This document shows positions 60,374 through 64,000 of a stretch of 64,000 bases of DNA, in pieces. Each line of letters starts with the position of its first letter. Position 1 is the stretch's first letter. Under the pieces are notes generated by a model. That model saw only the letters and a program-made list of their open reading frames with translations, was not told the DNA's origin and did not search any database. The position numbers and the translations under genes are program-made. The stretch lies in NCBI GenBank assembly GCA_963666285.1, contig OY762711.1, one strand, 5' to 3'. The stretch is from Sedimentisphaerales bacterium. GTDB taxonomy: Bacteria; Planctomycetota; Phycisphaerae; Sedimentisphaerales; SM23-30.

Positions 60374-61149
60374 TGCAAACAGAACTACAACATCCTAATA
60401 CATGCACAAGTGTTATACCTCTAATCAGTTTTACAGGTATCAGTAAAGCATTCACCTCCGATTCCGGCCGAATAGTACAGGCTTTGACAGATGTATCATT
60501 TTCGGTGCGACCTGGTGAATTTATTACAATTGTTGGTGCAACCGGTTCCGGTAAAACCACTTTACTGAACCTGATAGCCCGTCTGGAACATTCAGATGCA
60601 GGAATAATAGAATACAACAACTCACTGGATATAAAAAATGAAATATCTTATGTATTCCAGCATTATACCCTGCTGCCCTGGTTAAACATTCAGAAAAACA
60701 TCTCTTTGGGACTGAAGCTGCGTAAAATACCTCAAAAACAACGAATTAAAACCGCATGCAGGTTAATGAAAGATACCGGGCTAAAAGGTTTTGAGCGGGC
60801 GTACCCACATGAGCTTTCCGGTGGAATGAGACAGCGTGCCGCAATTGCCCAGGCCCTGGCAACAGAACCAAAACTACTGCTTATGGACGAACCATTCGGG
60901 TCACTTGATGATGGCACACGAAGCGACTTACAGCAGATGTTAATAAATATCCACCAGCAAAGCAAAACTACTATTCTATTTGTTACTCATAACATTGACG
61001 AAGCAATATTGCTGGCTGACAGGATAATTGTTTTAAGCAAATCGCCTGGAAATATATTAGAAGATATTGAAATTAACCTGGCAAAACCAAGAAACAGAAA
61101 CAATAACGATTTTACTAAACTTTTTTTGCAGATACGGAATTTATTATGA
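60373..61149 (+). CDS. ABC transporter ATP-binding protein (NitT/TauT, SsuB-like)
   Basis: GATGSGKTT, VFQHYTLLPW, YPHELSGGMRQR, LLMDEPF, FVTHNIDEA; TAATG coupling to the permease. Confidence 0.95.
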   Translation: MQTELQHPNTCTSVIPLISFTGISKAFTSDSGRIVQALTDVSFSVRPGEFITIVGATGSGKTTLLNLIARLEHSDAGIIEYNNSLDIKNEISYVFQHYTLLPWLNIQKNISLGLKLRKIPQKQRIKTACRLMKDTGLKGFERAYPHELSGGMRQRAAIAQALATEPKLLLMDEPFGSLDDGTRSDLQQMLINIHQQSKTTILFVTHNIDEAILLADRIIVLSKSPGNILEDIEINLAKPRNRNNNDFTKLFLQIRNLL

Positions 61150-62777
61150 CAATTAATAAAGAAAGACGTAAACGCGTAATGCAGCGTTCTATCAAACTGG
61201 GACATTGTGTATGCGACCCTAAACAACCCTGTCCTTGTGAGATATTCAAGGAAAAAAACATATGCTTATGTGCAGGTGAGAGACTGGAGGAACCAACTGG
61301 AGAAGTTCGCTTAACCCAAATGGTGGAAAAGGCAGGATGCGGCTCCAAAATTGACCAGGCTTTCCTCAAGGAAGTGCTTGGCGATTTGAAAATGCCGGAA
61401 GACACTAACGTTCTAGTTGGCGTACCTGCCGGTGATGATGCCGGGGTATACGATATGGGCAATGGAACCTGCCTGGTTCAAACAGTTGATGTATTTACCC
61501 CAACTGTTGATGATCCATATATGTTCGGCCAGATTGCAGCAGCAAATTCTGTTAGTGATGTATATGCTATGGGCGGCATACCCAAAACCGCCCTTTCGAT
61601 AATCGGCTTTCCGGTACGCAAAGTCCCTGATAGAGTAATGAAAGAGATCATCCGAGGTGGAATTGATAAAATGGCAGAAGCCGGTGTGTCTATTATTGGC
61701 GGACATAGTATCAACGACCCGGAAATAAAAGCAGGCTATGCAGTAACTGGAACAATAGATAAAGAAAAAGTAATTACTAATGATGGCATAAAGGTTGACG
61801 ATGTATTCATCCTTACTAAAGCATTAGGGACAGGAATAATCTCATTTGCATCTCAAATAGGACGAGCGTCTAAAAGTGCAATGGAAGCTGCCGCAAAGTC
61901 AATGGCAACCCTGAATAAAACAGCATGCGAGTTAATGGTGAAATACAATGCCCATGCCGCCAGTGATGTTACCGGCTTTAGCTTGATAGGCCATTTATCA
62001 GAAATGACAAGACGTAGCGGGGTAGATGTCGAGATAACCTGGGATAAGCTGCCCTGGCTGCCGGAGGCACTTGATTATGCCGCTCAAGGAATATATCCCG
62101 GGGCAATCGAACGAAACAAGGAATCATGTGGTCATACCATTATTGTCGATGATAATGTGAGCGAAGCAATGGCTGATATCTGTTTTGACGCTCAGACTTC
62201 CGGCGGCATGCTAATTGCAGCAGCACCAGATAAAGCTGAAAAACTATTAGGTGAACTGAAAGCATCTGGACTGGAATATGCTGCCATCATTGGTAGGACC
62301 ATTTCAAGAGGCTCAGGAAAAATTAACATTGTAACGGACCGGACAAAATCATTTACAGCTTCTAATGCCGCTCAAAACATACAGGAAACTTCAGAACCTG
62401 ACCCGGAGCCATGTTGCGGGACAGGAGCAGCATCTGCAATAAAAGCACAAACAGCTAATGCAGAAAGCTGTTGTTGCGGTCCAGAACCGGATGGGCAAGA
62501 TAACAATAATGAACCAATCAAAGCTATCGAAACCAGTTTTTCCAGCTTTATGAGTAAGGTAAACAGACCCGGCGGACTTGACGCATTCACCAAGCAAGCG
62601 GTGAACCTGGCATTGTCTATCCATTCGAAATGTAAACCTTGTCTCAAAACACATATTGCAAAAGCACGTAAAATGGGCTATACTGAATCTGAGATTGACG
62701 AAGCAGCATGGATGGCAATCGCTTTTGGCGGTTCACCGGCCATGATGTTTTATAAAGAAGTGAAAGCAGAGGTATAA
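61146..62777 (+). CDS. selD: Selenide, water dikinase (Cys form) fused to an N-terminal CxC/CPC/CxC domain and a C-terminal AhpD/CMD domain
   Basis: RLTQ..AGCGSK (Cys65, TGC 61338-61340), DDAGV, TVDVF, NSVSDVYAMGG, GGHS, DVTGFSLIGH, DAQTSGGML; ATGA overlap with the ATPase gene. Confidence 0.95.
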   Translation: MTINKERRKRVMQRSIKLGHCVCDPKQPCPCEIFKEKNICLCAGERLEEPTGEVRLTQMVEKAGCGSKIDQAFLKEVLGDLKMPEDTNVLVGVPAGDDAGVYDMGNGTCLVQTVDVFTPTVDDPYMFGQIAAANSVSDVYAMGGIPKTALSIIGFPVRKVPDRVMKEIIRGGIDKMAEAGVSIIGGHSINDPEIKAGYAVTGTIDKEKVITNDGIKVDDVFILTKALGTGIISFASQIGRASKSAMEAAAKSMATLNKTACELMVKYNAHAASDVTGFSLIGHLSEMTRRSGVDVEITWDKLPWLPEALDYAAQGIYPGAIERNKESCGHTIIVDDNVSEAMADICFDAQTSGGMLIAAAPDKAEKLLGELKASGLEYAAIIGRTISRGSGKINIVTDRTKSFTASNAAQNIQETSEPDPEPCCGTGAASAIKAQTANAESCCCGPEPDGQDNNNEPIKAIETSFSSFMSKVNRPGGLDAFTKQAVNLALSIHSKCKPCLKTHIAKARKMGYTESEIDEAAWMAIAFGGSPAMMFYKEVKAEV

Positions 62778-62793
62778 CATCTCCTGCTTAGCT

Positions 62794-62890
62794 GGAGGTG
62801 ACAGGTAACTGGTGTTGCTCCTGGTCTTCAAAACCAGTGTGGGGCGGTAAGCCCGTCCCGGGTGGGTTCGATTCCCATTCGCCTCCGCCA
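62794..62890 (+). tRNA. selC: tRNA-Sec (anticodon UCA)
   Basis: 8-bp acceptor GGAGGTGA/TCGCCTCC + GCCA; 6-bp D stem with TGGT loop; CTGGT-CTTCAAA-ACCAG; long variable arm GGGGCGG/CCGTCCC; GTGGG-TTCGATT-CCCAT. Confidence 0.97.
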
Positions 62891-62914
62891 TTTTAGACTC
62901 TCCTACCTGAATAT

Positions 62915-62935
62915 TAGCACATTTAATAGCACATT
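62915..62935. repeat. Tandem 9-bp direct repeat (possible integrase arm-type sites)
   Basis: TAGCACATT at 62915-62923 and 62927-62935, between the tRNA 3' end and the integrase-like ORF. Confidence 0.45.
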
Positions 62936-63014
62936 ACTCTTTTATCCTACCTACCATTCTGATATAATATTTCTATCTGAATTTTAAATTATTCATCATT
63001 TATCAGGCTTAATA

Positions 63015-64000
63015 ATGGCTAAAAAAACTGGCAAAAAAGCAAACTATATCATCTTTGGAAACCAAGAAGTTAAAACTGTTTTCGATGGAAAAGAAATTGG
63101 AGTAAGCCTTGATAGAACCACTCAATCTCACTATACAATGCTTCCGCAAAAATCAGGAAGAACCAAACGAAAATGGTTAGGAAAGCATACAGGTAAAGCC
63201 GTTGCAAGTTTCTGGGCTTTAGTAGAAGAGCTCAATAACAAACAAACACCTACAACAACCATAATCGCTCAACAAGAAGACATATCCCCCCTGTATGAAC
63301 CAACGGATAAAATGTCTATGGATGAAGTTGTCAGGTCCAATCAAATTAAGTTAAGAAAGACTGGCAAAGTAATACTTACAACAAAGGAGTCAGAGCATAT
63401 ACAATGGCTATTCAAGGAACTCCAAAATCCCAAGGAATTGGCTCGTAAAACTGGCATCGAAGAGTTTACAGAGTTTGGAAAACTATTAGCCAAAGATACC
63501 AACATACCTCTTAAAGACCTTCTTAAAAACTATCTTAATAAAAAGAAAACCGTTTCAAAAACAACCAGACAACAAAGCAAAACATTTTTTAATAATTTCA
63601 TTAAAGCTATTGACTGCAAGTATGTCGATGAAATCACCCTGAAAGACATACACAACTATGAAGACTATATATACTCAAAAGGATTAGCCGCGAAAAGCAT
63701 CATTAACCAAATATGCACTATATCTACTATCATAAATTACAACACAGGAAGATATCACTGCCCTCATCTATTACAAGTGCATAGTTGGCTCCAGAAAGGA
63801 ATAGACAAACCTACGGAAGATAAACTTTACAATCCAAAATTGATTTCAGTTGTTGATTTTATGGCTTTATACGAAGTGGCTCCATTCAAATGGAAGCTGT
63901 TTCTATTACTTGGTCTGAATTGTGCAATGTATCCAATTGACATTTCCAACTTTCAACTAAAACACCTCAATATCGAAGATGGAACGGTTGCATTTAGACG
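63015..64000 (+). CDS. Tyrosine recombinase/integrase-like protein (partial, runs off window end; not in ORF track)
   Basis: Open from ATG 63015 to the end (328 codons); SAM-like core VDEITLKDIHNYEDYI..KGLAAKSIINQI; box-I-like FLLLGLNCAMYPIDISNF..LNIEDG; starts 124 nt after the tRNA. Confidence 0.75.
   Translation, partial: MAKKTGKKANYIIFGNQEVKTVFDGKEIGVSLDRTTQSHYTMLPQKSGRTKRKWLGKHTGKAVASFWALVEELNNKQTPTTTIIAQQEDISPLYEPTDKMSMDEVVRSNQIKLRKTGKVILTTKESEHIQWLFKELQNPKELARKTGIEEFTEFGKLLAKDTNIPLKDLLKNYLNKKKTVSKTTRQQSKTFFNNFIKAIDCKYVDEITLKDIHNYEDYIYSKGLAAKSIINQICTISTIINYNTGRYHCPHLLQVHSWLQKGIDKPTEDKLYNPKLISVVDFMALYEVAPFKWKLFLLLGLNCAMYPIDISNFQLKHLNIEDGTVAFR

Noticed and set aside
61338..61340. Possible Sec at the SelD active site
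   Set aside because: The codon is TGC (Cys); selD, selA, selB and the ABC genes have no internal TGA.

Overview
A 64-kb AT-rich bacterial chromosome segment. I infer Planctomycetota (Phycisphaerae/Sedimentisphaerales-like) from the C-terminal dockerin-like 'xxWL' modules, the ECF sigma cluster and the DUF1559-like protein. Most of the window is housekeeping genes (pckG, ndk, ligA, mtnP), carbohydrate-active enzymes (GH106, GH5, GH3, a beta-helix protein), peptidases and signalling loci. One signalling operon runs TonB receptor x2 - orphan binding protein - hybrid kinase - HD-GYP regulator. The main result is a divergent selenium locus at 53.9-62.9 kb. Leftwards are an unannotated membrane-anchored selenoprotein candidate (in-frame UGA at 57375-57377, FG-U-GGTC, then a SECIS-like hairpin), selA and selB. 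Rightwards are a 45-codon UGA-containing leader ORF, a terminator-like hairpin, a Cys/His-rich NitT/TauT ABC importer, a three-domain SelD and tRNA-Sec. The leader ORF is homologous to the selenoprotein motif (YG-U-VVSC) and carries a covarying hairpin at the same spacing. The SelD has a ferredoxin:thioredoxin-reductase-like Cys domain at its N-terminus and an AhpD/CMD domain at its C-terminus. A tyrosine-integrase-like ORF follows tRNA-Sec and runs off the window. Intergenic DNA carries two dispersed repeat families, one visibly inserted in the other with a TA duplication, plus small REP-like inserts and an ISKra4-like transposase remnant. All product calls are by motif recognition only; no searches were run.
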